Assembly: GCA_965205465.1 (NCBI GenBank)
Contig: OZ242187.1
Coordinates: forward strand, 2,454,244 to 2,518,243
Length of the DNA: 64,000 nucleotides
Source of the DNA: Candidatus Aldehydirespiratoraceae bacterium
GTDB taxonomy: Bacteria > Actinomycetota > Acidimicrobiia > Acidimicrobiales > Aldehydirespiratoraceae
Direction: 5' to 3'
A program made the translations under genes and the position numbers. The first letter of the stretch is position 1. Every line of letters starts with the position of its first letter. This document shows positions 26,042 to 35,191 of the stretch, piece by piece. Under the pieces are notes generated by a model. That model was not told the origin of the DNA and searched no databases. It saw only the letters and a list, made by a program, of their open reading frames with translations.

Positions 26042-27025
26042 ATGGCGACTGCGGATCAACTGAAGGCGCTTGTCCGCAGCCACGCATCGGGGGACGAGAA
26101 CCAGTTCTACTCTGTCGCCCTGCAGGTAGCCGCCCGGGCGGCGCGAAGTGGCCATAACAAGTTGGCCCAAGAGTTGCGCGACCTGGTCGACGAGGCGAAG
26201 GCAAGGTCGGAGTCCCCTCGGTCGCTTCGGCCAGTCCCGGTGACCCAGCCGCGGGGCGAACTTGCGGGGCTCTTGGCGGTTAGCTACCCCGACGAACGGC
26301 TGTCGGGCCTGGCCCTTGAGGCGGAAGTGCTTCACCGGGTCGAACGAGTGCTGACCGAACAGCGGCAAGCCGATCGCCTCCGTGAGCATGGCTACCACCC
26401 CCAGCATCGCCTTCTGCTGATCGGTTCTCCCGGCACGGGAAAGACAATGACCGGCCGAGTGCTCGCAGGCGAGCTTCGCCTCCCGCTCTTCATGATCCGC
26501 CTCGAGGTGCTCATCACAAAGTTCATGGGCGAGACCGCAGCGAAGCTGAGGTTGATCTTTGATGCTGTCGAAGAAACCCGCGGCGTGTACCTCTTCGACG
26601 AAGTGGATGCTCTTGCAGGCGACCGTTCTTCGGGAAACGACGTCGGCGAAATCCGCCGAGTGCTCAACTCGTTCCTACAGTTCTTGGATGCGAACAATTC
26701 CCAAAGCGTGATCGTCGCGACCTCCAATCATCCGCAGCTCCTCGATCGAGCGATGTTCAGGCGCTTCGACTCGGTGATCGAATACCCGTTGCCCTCCCCG
26801 AAGATCGCACGCGAGGTCATACGTCACCGACTTGCTTCGGTCGACATGAAGGAACTCCGCTGGACCGATGTCGATCAAGCGGCAGAAGGCCTGAGCCACG
26901 CCGAACTGACCCTCGCATGTGAGCAAGCAGCGAAGGGCGCGATTCTGTCAGAGAAGGACCGTGTTACGACGGCGATGTTGAAAGCGGCCCTTCGGGAGCG
27001 GCGACACGTTTCCGGTAGCGCCTGA
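26042..27025 (+). CDS. Classical AAA+ ATPase, IetA-like
   Basis: Walker A LLIGSPGTGKT, Walker B VYLFDEVDAL, sensor ATSNHP, arginine finger RRFD. Followed by an S8-protease remnant, as in ietAS-type pairs. Confidence 0.7.
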   Translation: MATADQLKALVRSHASGDENQFYSVALQVAARAARSGHNKLAQELRDLVDEAKARSESPRSLRPVPVTQPRGELAGLLAVSYPDERLSGLALEAEVLHRVERVLTEQRQADRLREHGYHPQHRLLLIGSPGTGKTMTGRVLAGELRLPLFMIRLEVLITKFMGETAAKLRLIFDAVEETRGVYLFDEVDALAGDRSSGNDVGEIRRVLNSFLQFLDANNSQSVIVATSNHPQLLDRAMFRRFDSVIEYPLPSPKIAREVIRHRLASVDMKELRWTDVDQAAEGLSHAELTLACEQAAKGAILSEKDRVTTAMLKAALRERRHVSGSA

Positions 27026-27042
27026 TCCTCGCCCGGATTCCA

Positions 27043-28695
27043 ATGGCTCCCCGCAATCGACCGCACATCATCGTCGCCCGGCCACCCGAGACGGACCGGT
27101 ACACATCACACCACATGGGTCGCGACAGCCCGAGACCTCCTGCGCCGATCGACCGACAGGAGCACGGGGTGGCCTTGGCGCGAGCGACAGAGGAGGCCGC
27201 GAACGCCGGTCGGGTGAGTCGGTGTAGCACCGTCGAGCGAGGGCGTGTACGTCACGTTCGACAGCTCACCGGGCTTCGAGCTCCGCCTGATGACCTTCGA
27301 CCCGCAGCGATCGACGCCCTTGCGATAGGGCGGGGATTTGAGGCCGTAAACGGCGAGCTGCGCTATCTCGGCACGGAGGTGGCGGGGGCAGCATCGCTGA
27401 TCACCGGCTCACCGGGCTTTCTGATGACCTTCGACCCGCAGCGATCGACGCCCTTGCGATAGGGCGGGGATTTGAGGCCGTAAACGGCGAGCTGCGCTAT
27501 CTGGACGAGGGCAGCATCGCTGATCATCCGGGCGGGCGAGGATCACCTGGAGCGAAGCGATCTCGAACCCGTGGAGAGTCCTGCGCAGGCGTGGAACGCA
27601 CTGAGCGTGGGAGCCTTCACCGAACTTGTGGATGTCGAGGCGTCGGGCAGCGACTACGAGGGCTGGGCACCCATCGCCCCTCCAGGTGAGCTCTCACCAT
27701 TCAGTCGCACATCGGTGTCCTTTCAGCGGCAATGGCCGGCCAAGCCGGAGATCGTGATGGAAGGCGGCAACGCCGCTCGGTCTCCTGGTCCTGGCAACGA
27801 TGTCGACTGGCCTGAATCGCTCCAGCTGTTGACTACCCACCACCGGCCGACCGAACGACTACTTACCGTCGCGAATGCAACCAGTGCAGCGACTTCTCAG
27901 GCCAGCCAGCTCGCGGCGACCGTGGCTGCGGAGTACCCGAGCCTGTGGCCCGAGACGATTCGGGCGCTGGTCGTCCACTCCGCTGAGTGGACCCCGGCGA
28001 TGAGAGACCAGTTCGACGCTGCAAAGGGCCGTCGGGCACGCGAAGCACTCCTGCGGCGATATGGGTTCGGGGTACCAAGCACCGACCGGGCACTACGAAG
28101 TGCTGGCGACGCGCTCACGCTCGTTCTGCAGAGCACGATCAGGCCCTTTGACGACAAGAGCCTTCGGGAGATGCACACCCACGAGCTGCCGTGGCCGACG
28201 GAGGTGCTCGCAGATCTGGCCGAGGCCTCCGTACGTCTCAGGGTCACGCTCTCGTACTTCATCGAGCCTTACCCCGCTCGCCGCGGGTGGCGTCATCGCT
28301 ACCGCTACGCGTCGCACGGGCTTCGCTTTGAGCTGAAGCGACCCGACGAGACGAACGACGATTTTCACAAGCGCTTGAACCGGCGTGCTCTCGACGAAGA
28401 GGAAGGGCGCCCTGTCGGCGGAGACTCGGATGGCTGGCGGCTTGGAAGTCAGGCGCGGAGCCGCGGTTCACTCCACGCCGACTTCTGGGACGGCACCGCC
28501 GTCGAGCTTGCTTCTCGAGGCCGGATCGCCGTGTTCCCTGTCACGGGATGGTGGAAGGAACAACCGAAACGAGACAGGAGCGAGTTCGGAGTGCGTTACG
28601 GGCTCGTGATCTCCATCGAGACGCCGGTCGAGACGGCGGACCTGTGGACGCCGGTCGCTGCTCAGGTCGGGATCCCGACGGCGATCAAGACGTAG
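27043..28695 (+). pseudogene. Decayed S8 (subtilisin-like) peptidase gene, IetS-like
   Basis: The N-terminal piece (27043-) changes frame before GVYVTFDSSPGFELRL and meets stops inside a duplicated block. Only the C-terminal ~370 aa remain open (27571..28695), with a Ser-motif-like ANATSAATSQASQLAATVAAEYP. No Asp/His catalytic region found. Confidence 0.5.
27265..27526 (+). repeat. Tandem duplication, period 134 bp, with identical 82-bp cores (27287-27368 and 27421-27502)
   Basis: Core CTGATGACCTTCGACCCGCAGCGATCGACGCCCTTGCGATAGGGCGGGGATTTGAGGCCGTAAACGGCGAGCTGCGCTATCT occurs twice. Each is followed by CAGCATCGCTGATCA and preceded by CTCACCGGGCTT. Confidence 0.85.
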
Positions 28696-29002
28696 CTGAC
28701 GATGAAGAGATCGAGGCGGCCTGGGATGCGCACCGGGACGCCAACAGCTCACAGAAATCTCACGGACTAGAAGCAAACGATGGGGAACAGGGGGAGGAGC
28801 GGAGGGCCGGATCCCTTGTGAGACCAGGGATTCCGCGGTCCGCTCAGGCTGGGCGCGTGTGTCCCAGAATGCTCATATCCCGGAGGTGGCGCTTTGGGGC
28901 CTGGCGCTGGTGTGCGCTTCTCGCGAGATGGCAACTCCTACGTCCGCCAAGTCGGAGACCGCAGAGGTACAACCCGCACCCGGGCGTTGCGTCTAGGACC
29001 GA

Positions 29003-29476
29003 TCAGTATTCGAGGCCGAGGGATTGGGCTTCTGTGGTGAGATCGTCGGCAATAGCCCGGCGCTCGGAGTCGTCGTCGTGCTTGTACTTAAGGAGATCGG
29101 TGAGCAGGACCCGGCGCCGGTTGCCGACTCGCCTGTAGGGGATCTTGCGTTCCTCGAGCAGCTTCACGAGGTAGGGGCGAGACACGTTGAGCAAGTCTGC
29201 AGCTTGCTGGGTGGTCAACTCGGCATGAACCGGCGCGACGGTGACGGCGTTGCCGTTGGCGATCTGTGCCAGGATGTCAACGAGCAGGCGGAGCGCATGC
29301 CCTGGAATCTCCAGAGTGGTGTCGGTGTCGTCTGCCTTGAGCGAGACCGACGCGCCGGTCACCGTAGGGTGTTGACGGAGAAATCGGCCCAGGATGTCGA
29401 CCGCGTCGGCCGCTTGGCTTGCTGTGGCCTCATCGGGGATCGCGAGTTGATGATCCAGCACAGCCGGGGGTGTCAT
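29003..29476 (-). CDS. Excisionase-type (HTH_17/MerR-like) DNA-binding protein, copy 2
   Basis: 157 aa, near-identical in layout to 8620..9093: LTTQQAADLLNVSRPYLVKLLEERKIPYRRVGNRRRVLL. Confidence 0.65.
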   Translation of the reverse strand: MTPPAVLDHQLAIPDEATASQAADAVDILGRFLRQHPTVTGASVSLKADDTDTTLEIPGHALRLLVDILAQIANGNAVTVAPVHAELTTQQAADLLNVSRPYLVKLLEERKIPYRRVGNRRRVLLTDLLKYKHDDDSERRAIADDLTTEAQSLGLEY

Positions 29477-29550
29477 CTTTATGCCTCCTCTGACCCTGTG
29501 CAGCGAGTCATGGACACGGTGAGTATGCCGATCGGCTACTTGGGGCAGCT

Positions 29551-29612
29551 ATCGTAAGCGATAATCAAAATATTCGCAATAACAGTATTATTCGAGCTAA
29601 GTGAAATAGCCG
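29551..29612. promoter_or_regulatory. AT-rich tract upstream of the HTH gene, copy 2
   Basis: ATCGTAAGCGATAATCAAAATATTCGCAATAACAGTATTATTCGAGCTAAGTGAAATAG; paralogue of 9168-9232. Confidence 0.4.
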
Positions 29613-29626
29613 AATCACGGTTCCTG

Positions 29627-30745
29627 TTATTGCGTTGCTGCTTGGTAGGCGTCGAGTACGAGGCTGTGGAAATGGTGCAGCGCATGCTCGGACAACCCCG
29701 AGCCCAAGGGATCGTTCACGATGCGCCCTTGGGTGAAGGCCGGTGTCTGCATCCCGCGCTGCACGCTTTCGACCAAGTTGATGTCTTCGACCTGGAGGAC
29801 CTGGTCGAGGTAGCGGATCGATTCAAGCTCTGCTTCATTCGGCTCATCCGACTCAAAGAAGAAATCGTAGGTCTGGAACGTGACGTTCTCCGATACCGGG
29901 ATGATCTTGAGAATGCTCATATTCCCTCGCCCGGGGTAACGCATGATGCAGGTGTTGGGCCAGACCCACCAAACGGCGTGGTCGGTGACCGTCGCCTCTG
30001 ACACGTCGTACGCGCTGTTCTCGGTCCTGCCGGCCTGGGCCATGTGGCTTGAGTAGATGCCGTGCGTCGTGACCTTGTAGGTGTCCATGTCGACCAGCGA
30101 GACGAAGTCCTTGTGGGCGACGTGGCAGTGGTAGCACTCGAGGAAGTTGTCGACGACGTTCTTCCAGTTGGAGTTGATCGTGTATTTGAGACGGTGGGCG
30201 AAGGTGAGTTGTTCGACATCGGGGGCCCAGTGCGCAATCTCTTGTGCGAGTTGGCCCGAAGCCTGCGCCAGCGGCGCCGCGGTCGGGTCGAGGTTGACGT
30301 AGACGAACCCTCCGAGTTCCTCGACCTGCACCTGGTCGAGGCAGATCGAACTGACCTCGAAATCGACGAGGTTCTTCGTGTGCCGGGCGGACTGGAGAGT
30401 TCCGCCGAGATCATAGGACCACCCGTGATAAGGGCACACGATATTGCTCGTCGTGCCCTCGCCAGCGAGAACCTGATGGGCCCGATGCTTGCACACGTTG
30501 AAGAAGGCGCGGAGCTCGCCGCTGACATCTCGCATGGCGACGATGGGCATCCCGGCGACCTCATCGGCTACGTAGTTGCCGGGATTCCGCAATTTCTCGC
30601 CGTGGCAGAGCCACTGCCACGACCGGCTGATGATCTGCTGCTGGTCGGTCTCGAACCACTCGGGCAGCGTGTAGGCGTCGGCCTGCAGCGACATCGATAA
30701 AGACGGATCGGGGTCCCAACCCCCGGCAATCGTTTTCGATCTCAT
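29627..30745 (-). CDS. Rieske [2Fe-2S] non-haem-iron oxygenase alpha subunit
   Basis: Rieske motif CKHRAHQV...CPYHGWSY. Start placed at ATG 30745 (MRSKTIAGGW...), because the 84-codon upstream extension of the track ORF runs antisense through toxin/antitoxin gene fragments. Confidence 0.8.
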   Translation of the reverse strand: MRSKTIAGGWDPDPSLSMSLQADAYTLPEWFETDQQQIISRSWQWLCHGEKLRNPGNYVADEVAGMPIVAMRDVSGELRAFFNVCKHRAHQVLAGEGTTSNIVCPYHGWSYDLGGTLQSARHTKNLVDFEVSSICLDQVQVEELGGFVYVNLDPTAAPLAQASGQLAQEIAHWAPDVEQLTFAHRLKYTINSNWKNVVDNFLECYHCHVAHKDFVSLVDMDTYKVTTHGIYSSHMAQAGRTENSAYDVSEATVTDHAVWWVWPNTCIMRYPGRGNMSILKIIPVSENVTFQTYDFFFESDEPNEAELESIRYLDQVLQVEDINLVESVQRGMQTPAFTQGRIVNDPLGSGLSEHALHHFHSLVLDAYQAATQ

Positions 30746-30825
30746 GGCCGGACCGTAACAGTCTTTGAACGCTCGCTTACGCGGGTCTGTCCGCGAAGCA
30801 ACCAAGTAGGTCACAGCGAAGTCGT

Positions 30826-30966
30826 GGTGTGACCAAAGCCGCGGTGCACCAACTCGAAACCAGCCGCTGATCGCATCGACTGGTACACCTCCGCAGTGAC
30901 ACGTTCCGATGAGATCACCCGCGCCGCAATCGAGGTCCTCAACCTGCGGACTTCCCAAGATCGTAA
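30826..30966 (+). pseudogene. Scrambled toxin-antitoxin debris: ~45-nt internal antitoxin fragment (30826-30870) fused to the last ~89 nt of the toxin gene (30878-30966)
   Basis: 30826- GTGGTGTGACCAAAGCCGCGGTGCACCA matches 31157-31184. 30878-30966 matches 7539-7629, including the stop TAA. Confidence 0.65.
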
Positions 30967-30999
30967 AGGTGTAGCTATACTCCGTCGATAGGGGCAACT

Positions 31000-31539
31000 A
31001 TGGCAAGAGAACCAGACGACAGGGAGTTCTTCAGCGTCGACGATCTGCCAGACGCCGATCCAGCGGCAGTCGAAGCCGCCTACAGCCAGATTGTGGCCCG
31101 CCACGTATTGGCGAACCTTCGCGCTGGCAGTGGTATGAGTCTCGAACAAGTCGCCAGGCTGCGTGGTGTGACCAAAGCCGCGGTGCACCAGCTTGAGATC
31201 CGGCCGCTCGGCAAAGTCCGGATCGCCTCATTGATCGGCTACCTGCAAGCGGTCGGCTACGACGTCGACGAAGACTGGGTCGCCCGAAGCCTTACCGCCG
31301 CTCTTCCAGCGCGTAGCTACGGCGCGCGCCTCGGGGACTGGCCGCGTCCGGCAATCTTGTCGTTGGTCAGCATGCCGTCGGCGTGGTGTATACGATCCCG
31401 GGACTGGGTAAATGGGAGCGAGATATTCGTCGGGCTCAAAGCGCGCCTCATAGCTGCGCTCGCACTTGTCCAATTCGCAATCGCCGTCAGCCTTAGGCAC
31501 GGCCCAACAAGGAGGTCGGAGAAGGTTGCAGGTCGATAA
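31000..31539 (+). CDS. XRE-family antitoxin-like protein, copy 2, with stop-codon loss (natural end would be 31320)
   Basis: First 106 aa are collinear with 7663..7983. The TGA of copy 1 is TAC here (GCGCGTAGCTACGGCGCG vs GCGCGTAGCTGAGGCGCG), which extends the ORF by 73 codons. Confidence 0.6.
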   Translation: MAREPDDREFFSVDDLPDADPAAVEAAYSQIVARHVLANLRAGSGMSLEQVARLRGVTKAAVHQLEIRPLGKVRIASLIGYLQAVGYDVDEDWVARSLTAALPARSYGARLGDWPRPAILSLVSMPSAWCIRSRDWVNGSEIFVGLKARLIAALALVQFAIAVSLRHGPTRRSEKVAGR

Positions 31540-34210
31540 GGTTTCGCGTGGGCTATTTCTGCCGATTGCGGTAAGCGCTGTATTGCTGATATTGGCCCAG
31601 CCCATCTTGGCCTGGAGCGGCGCCGAGCCTCCGGCGGCCTCACCAACTACGACGACCCACGACTCGGTCACCCTCATTAGCCCGGAGTGGCCGGCAATCC
31701 AAGGCGATCTGGTTTGGGAAGCAACCATGACGGTGGGAAGCAACGGAGGCTTCCTGGAGAATGGCGGTCCTCTCGATGGCTCTATCACCGACAACGAATT
31801 TGCATGGAGAGGGGTGGACTACACAGTAAGAGACATCTTCCTCATCCATCCGGAGTCGGATCCGGCGTCAACAACTGTCAGCATCGATGTTGACCCCGAA
31901 CTCCCGGAAGAGTCCAGTGGTCTGCGGCTTGTGGTTGAGGGGTTAGGGCTGAATCTTGCGGACGGAAGTGGTGACAGTGGGCATTTCAGATGGCACGATG
32001 TCGACCTGGATTGGAATATCGGCGAGACGGTTTCCCTGAGTCTCAATGAGTTTCCCCAGCATCTTGAGCCTCGGTCCATAGACGGCCGAGCAAACAACCT
32101 CAACTATCTCACGTGGGGCATGGCGGGCACGAGCCTTCTCAGGAAGGCCCCGCTCTCTTACACGGACGGCGTATCAGTACCTGCGGACTCGCGACCGAAC
32201 CCGCGCACCATCAGCAACCTGGTGTTCTCCCAGGACGAATCGGTGCTGAACTCCAAACAGGCGAGCGACATGATCTGGCAGTGGGGCCAGTTCATAGATC
32301 ACGACATAACTCTCAGCCCGAACAACCTGGATGATCCCTTCCCAGTCCCCGTTCCTCGATGGGATCCGGTTTTTGATCCAAGCGGGACCGGCCAAGCCAC
32401 CATCCATGTCGATCGTTCTGCATTCGACCCTGAGACTGGGACAGATACACACAATCCTCGCAGGCAGATCAACGCTGTCACGGCGTTCATTGATGGCTCA
32501 CAGGTGTATGGCTCAGAGAGGACCCGTGCCTACGCTCTTCGCGCCAACGACGATACGGGAAGGCTCAAGACCTCACACCAAGGACGATTCTTGCCCTACA
32601 ACGAGCAAGGACTCGAGAACGAAGGGGGTAGCAATCGCCAGAATCTATTCTTGGCGGGCGATGTCCGAGTCAACGAACAGATCGGACTCACCTCCATGCA
32701 TACTCTGTTCGTCCGCGAGCACAACCGCCTCGCGGAGGTCATAGCCGACCAGAATCCTGGGCTGAGTGGCGACGAGATCTACGAACTGGCCCGCAAAGTC
32801 GTTGGTGCTCAGATACAAGCGGTCACGTTCAACGAATTCTTGCCCCTACTACTGGGTCCCGACGCAATAGGCCCGTATTCTGGCTACGACCCAAGCGTCG
32901 CCCCGACCATCACAAGCGAGTTCTCAGCGGGGGCCTACCGGGTCGGCCACACCCAGCTCTCCCCGAATCTCCTGCTCCTCGGCGCCGATGGAGAGACCAG
33001 CCAGATAAGCCTTGCACAAGCGTTCTTCAATCCCTCGTTCTTCGAGGATCATGGCATCTCTGCAGTCCTTCGCGGCCTAGCCGCCCAACAGGCCCAAGAC
33101 GTCGACTCGCTGATCATCAACGAAGTACGAAACCTTCTCCTCCGAGAACCTCAAGGGCCTGCCTTCGATCTGGTGGCCCTCAACATTCAGCGGGGCCGCG
33201 ATCACGGTGTGGGGGATTACAACACCGTGCGCAGCGCGTTCGGCTTGCCTCCGGTGGAGAGCTTTGCCGACATTTCATCTGAGCCGAGCGTTCAGATAGC
33301 TCTGAGACTCGCTTACGGAAACGTCGACGACTTGGACCTCTGGACGGCTGCCCTGGCAGAAGACCATGTGCCCGGAGCGGCGGTCGGTGAGACCCTCCAG
33401 GCCACAATCTCCGACCAGTTCCGCCGCCTCCGCGACGGCGACCGCTACTGGTTCGAGAATGACCCCTATTTCCTGGCCAACCCTGCGCTTGTGGACCAGG
33501 TAGGCGGTACGACCCTGGCGGATATCATCCGCCGCAACACCCCCATCGGCAGCGAGATCGATGACAACGCATTTGTCGTCGGAGGCGACGCTGAACCGCA
33601 GCGTGCCTCCGAAGTGTTCGATGACGTTCCTCCCGACGCATGGTACGAGCCCGCAGTCACTTGGATGGCCCAACACAACATCACCACTGGCTGCAACGTG
33701 CGACTGTTCTGCCCGGACCAGGACGTAACCCGCCAACAGTTCGTCACCTTCCTGTGGAGAGCAGCGGGCGAACCCACCGCCACCCACTTGGGCTCGGAAG
33801 CCTTCGCCGATGTTCAAGAGGGTGGCTACTCGGACGAAGCGATCGGCTGGGCCGTCTCCCGAGAAGTGATTGAAGGATGCACACCGGGCACATTCGGAGA
33901 CCAAGACTGGAACTTCTGCCCTCAGCAACCGGTGACCCGAGGGCACATGGCCACCCTGCTGTACCAGCACGTAGAAGCCGACTACATCGGACAAACCGCT
34001 CCCTATACGGACGTGGCACCCGACAGCGACCACGTAAACAGTGTGGCCTGGATACACGAATTCGAAATCGCCACCGGATGCGACACCGATCTCTTCTGCC
34101 CCGACCGCAACGCCACCCGCGCCGAAGCAGCAGCCTTCATAAACGGAGTAGCTGCCCGACCTTCGGCCTGGGGACCAGGAACCAACTGCTTCCCACCCGC
34201 CGCAGAATAG
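31466..34210 (+). CDS. Secreted/anchored animal-haem-peroxidase-family protein with three C-terminal SLH-like repeats
   Basis: Peroxidase core RSIDGRANNL...MIWQWGQFIDHDITL...AFIDGSQVYG...FLAGDVRVNEQ. N-terminal hydrophobic segment LFLPIAVSAVLLILAQPILA. Three repeats of type F.DV....W...V.W......T.GC....FCP...VTR. Start uncertain (TTG 31526 after AAGGAGG is an alternative). Confidence 0.75.
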   Translation: MSNSQSPSALGTAQQGGRRRLQVDKVSRGLFLPIAVSAVLLILAQPILAWSGAEPPAASPTTTTHDSVTLISPEWPAIQGDLVWEATMTVGSNGGFLENGGPLDGSITDNEFAWRGVDYTVRDIFLIHPESDPASTTVSIDVDPELPEESSGLRLVVEGLGLNLADGSGDSGHFRWHDVDLDWNIGETVSLSLNEFPQHLEPRSIDGRANNLNYLTWGMAGTSLLRKAPLSYTDGVSVPADSRPNPRTISNLVFSQDESVLNSKQASDMIWQWGQFIDHDITLSPNNLDDPFPVPVPRWDPVFDPSGTGQATIHVDRSAFDPETGTDTHNPRRQINAVTAFIDGSQVYGSERTRAYALRANDDTGRLKTSHQGRFLPYNEQGLENEGGSNRQNLFLAGDVRVNEQIGLTSMHTLFVREHNRLAEVIADQNPGLSGDEIYELARKVVGAQIQAVTFNEFLPLLLGPDAIGPYSGYDPSVAPTITSEFSAGAYRVGHTQLSPNLLLLGADGETSQISLAQAFFNPSFFEDHGISAVLRGLAAQQAQDVDSLIINEVRNLLLREPQGPAFDLVALNIQRGRDHGVGDYNTVRSAFGLPPVESFADISSEPSVQIALRLAYGNVDDLDLWTAALAEDHVPGAAVGETLQATISDQFRRLRDGDRYWFENDPYFLANPALVDQVGGTTLADIIRRNTPIGSEIDDNAFVVGGDAEPQRASEVFDDVPPDAWYEPAVTWMAQHNITTGCNVRLFCPDQDVTRQQFVTFLWRAAGEPTATHLGSEAFADVQEGGYSDEAIGWAVSREVIEGCTPGTFGDQDWNFCPQQPVTRGHMATLLYQHVEADYIGQTAPYTDVAPDSDHVNSVAWIHEFEIATGCDTDLFCPDRNATRAEAAAFINGVAARPSAWGPGTNCFPPAAE

Positions 34211-34347
34211 AGGACAGTGACACCCCCGTTCACCTGGTGAAAGGCTGTTGATGTGGCTGTTCGCGGCCTACATCGTGTGGGAGGTAGTCAACCGCCTATT
34301 CGCGGACCAGGGATGCAACGGCATGTCGCTGGATCGGGCATGGTGGT

Positions 34348-35172
34348 GTGGTGATTGTGGTGGCGACCAGCGCGGCCGAGCTTGCCGAGATGTGTGAACG
34401 GCTTCGAGAGTTCGGTGTGGGATCGCTGGATGTTGTGGAGCCCAGCGACACCCGCCGGGTGATATTGGCCGCCGTGGATGACGAGCGGAATGCCGGGAGC
34501 CTTGTTGCGTCGCTTCAAGCTGAGGGTGTGATGGCGGTGACAAGGCCCGCTGGCGGTGCGGCCCTACGGGCATGGCTCCGTGACACTCGCCCGGTCACGT
34601 TCGGTGGACGACTAAGCGTCTGCCCGGCAACGTCAGAGCACGACCGCAGCGATCTTGTGGGGTTGATCGAGCTCGGTTCAGGTGGTTTCGGAAGTGGCCA
34701 CCATCCCACGACACGCCAGATGATCGAAGCATTGGTGGAGCGGATCGCTGGCGGTGAGCGGGTCCTTGACGTTGGCTGTGGAAGCGGAATTCTAGGACTC
34801 TGCGCGCTCAAGCTTGGTGCAGCGAACGTGGTGGCGGTCGATGTCAAGCCCGATGCCGTGGAAGCGACAAAACGCAATGCTGGAATCAACGCCATGGGCG
34901 GTCGGATCCAAGCATCGCTCGCTGCTCTTGGCGAGATCGACGGCACGTTCGATGTCGTGCTCGCGAACATTGCCCGAGCAGGGATCGTCGAACTCGCCTC
35001 GGAACTGGTCTCGCATGTGTCGCCGGGCGGGTGGCTCGCGGTGGGAGGCATCTCGCCTTCGCAGTGCTCTCAGGTTGTCGACTTCCTCAATCCTCTCGTC
35101 GAAGTCGAACGCCGAACCAGCGGTGAGTGGTCATCTCTAGTGCTCGCTGCCCCCGCAGAACCCCGACCCTAG
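34348..35172 (+). CDS. prmA: Ribosomal protein L11 methyltransferase
   Basis: GSGGFGSGHHPTTRQMIE...VLDVGCGSGILGL...VAVDVKPDAVEAT is the PrmA signature. Confidence 0.75.
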   Translation: MVIVVATSAAELAEMCERLREFGVGSLDVVEPSDTRRVILAAVDDERNAGSLVASLQAEGVMAVTRPAGGAALRAWLRDTRPVTFGGRLSVCPATSEHDRSDLVGLIELGSGGFGSGHHPTTRQMIEALVERIAGGERVLDVGCGSGILGLCALKLGAANVVAVDVKPDAVEATKRNAGINAMGGRIQASLAALGEIDGTFDVVLANIARAGIVELASELVSHVSPGGWLAVGGISPSQCSQVVDFLNPLVEVERRTSGEWSSLVLAAPAEPRP

Positions 35173-35191
35173 AGCCGGTGTAGGTCAGGAT

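Noticed and set aside
27265-27526. CRISPR array (also considered for 60351-60414 and 12564-12586)
   Set aside because: Each has only two repeat units, directly adjacent or separated by non-spacer-like partial repeats. There are no cas genes and no regular repeat-spacer periodicity.
29627-30997. Full 456-aa version of the Rieske ORF
   Set aside because: The first 84 codons are antisense to duplicated toxin/antitoxin fragments and have no oxygenase similarity. The internal ATG 30745 gives a normal-length alpha subunit.
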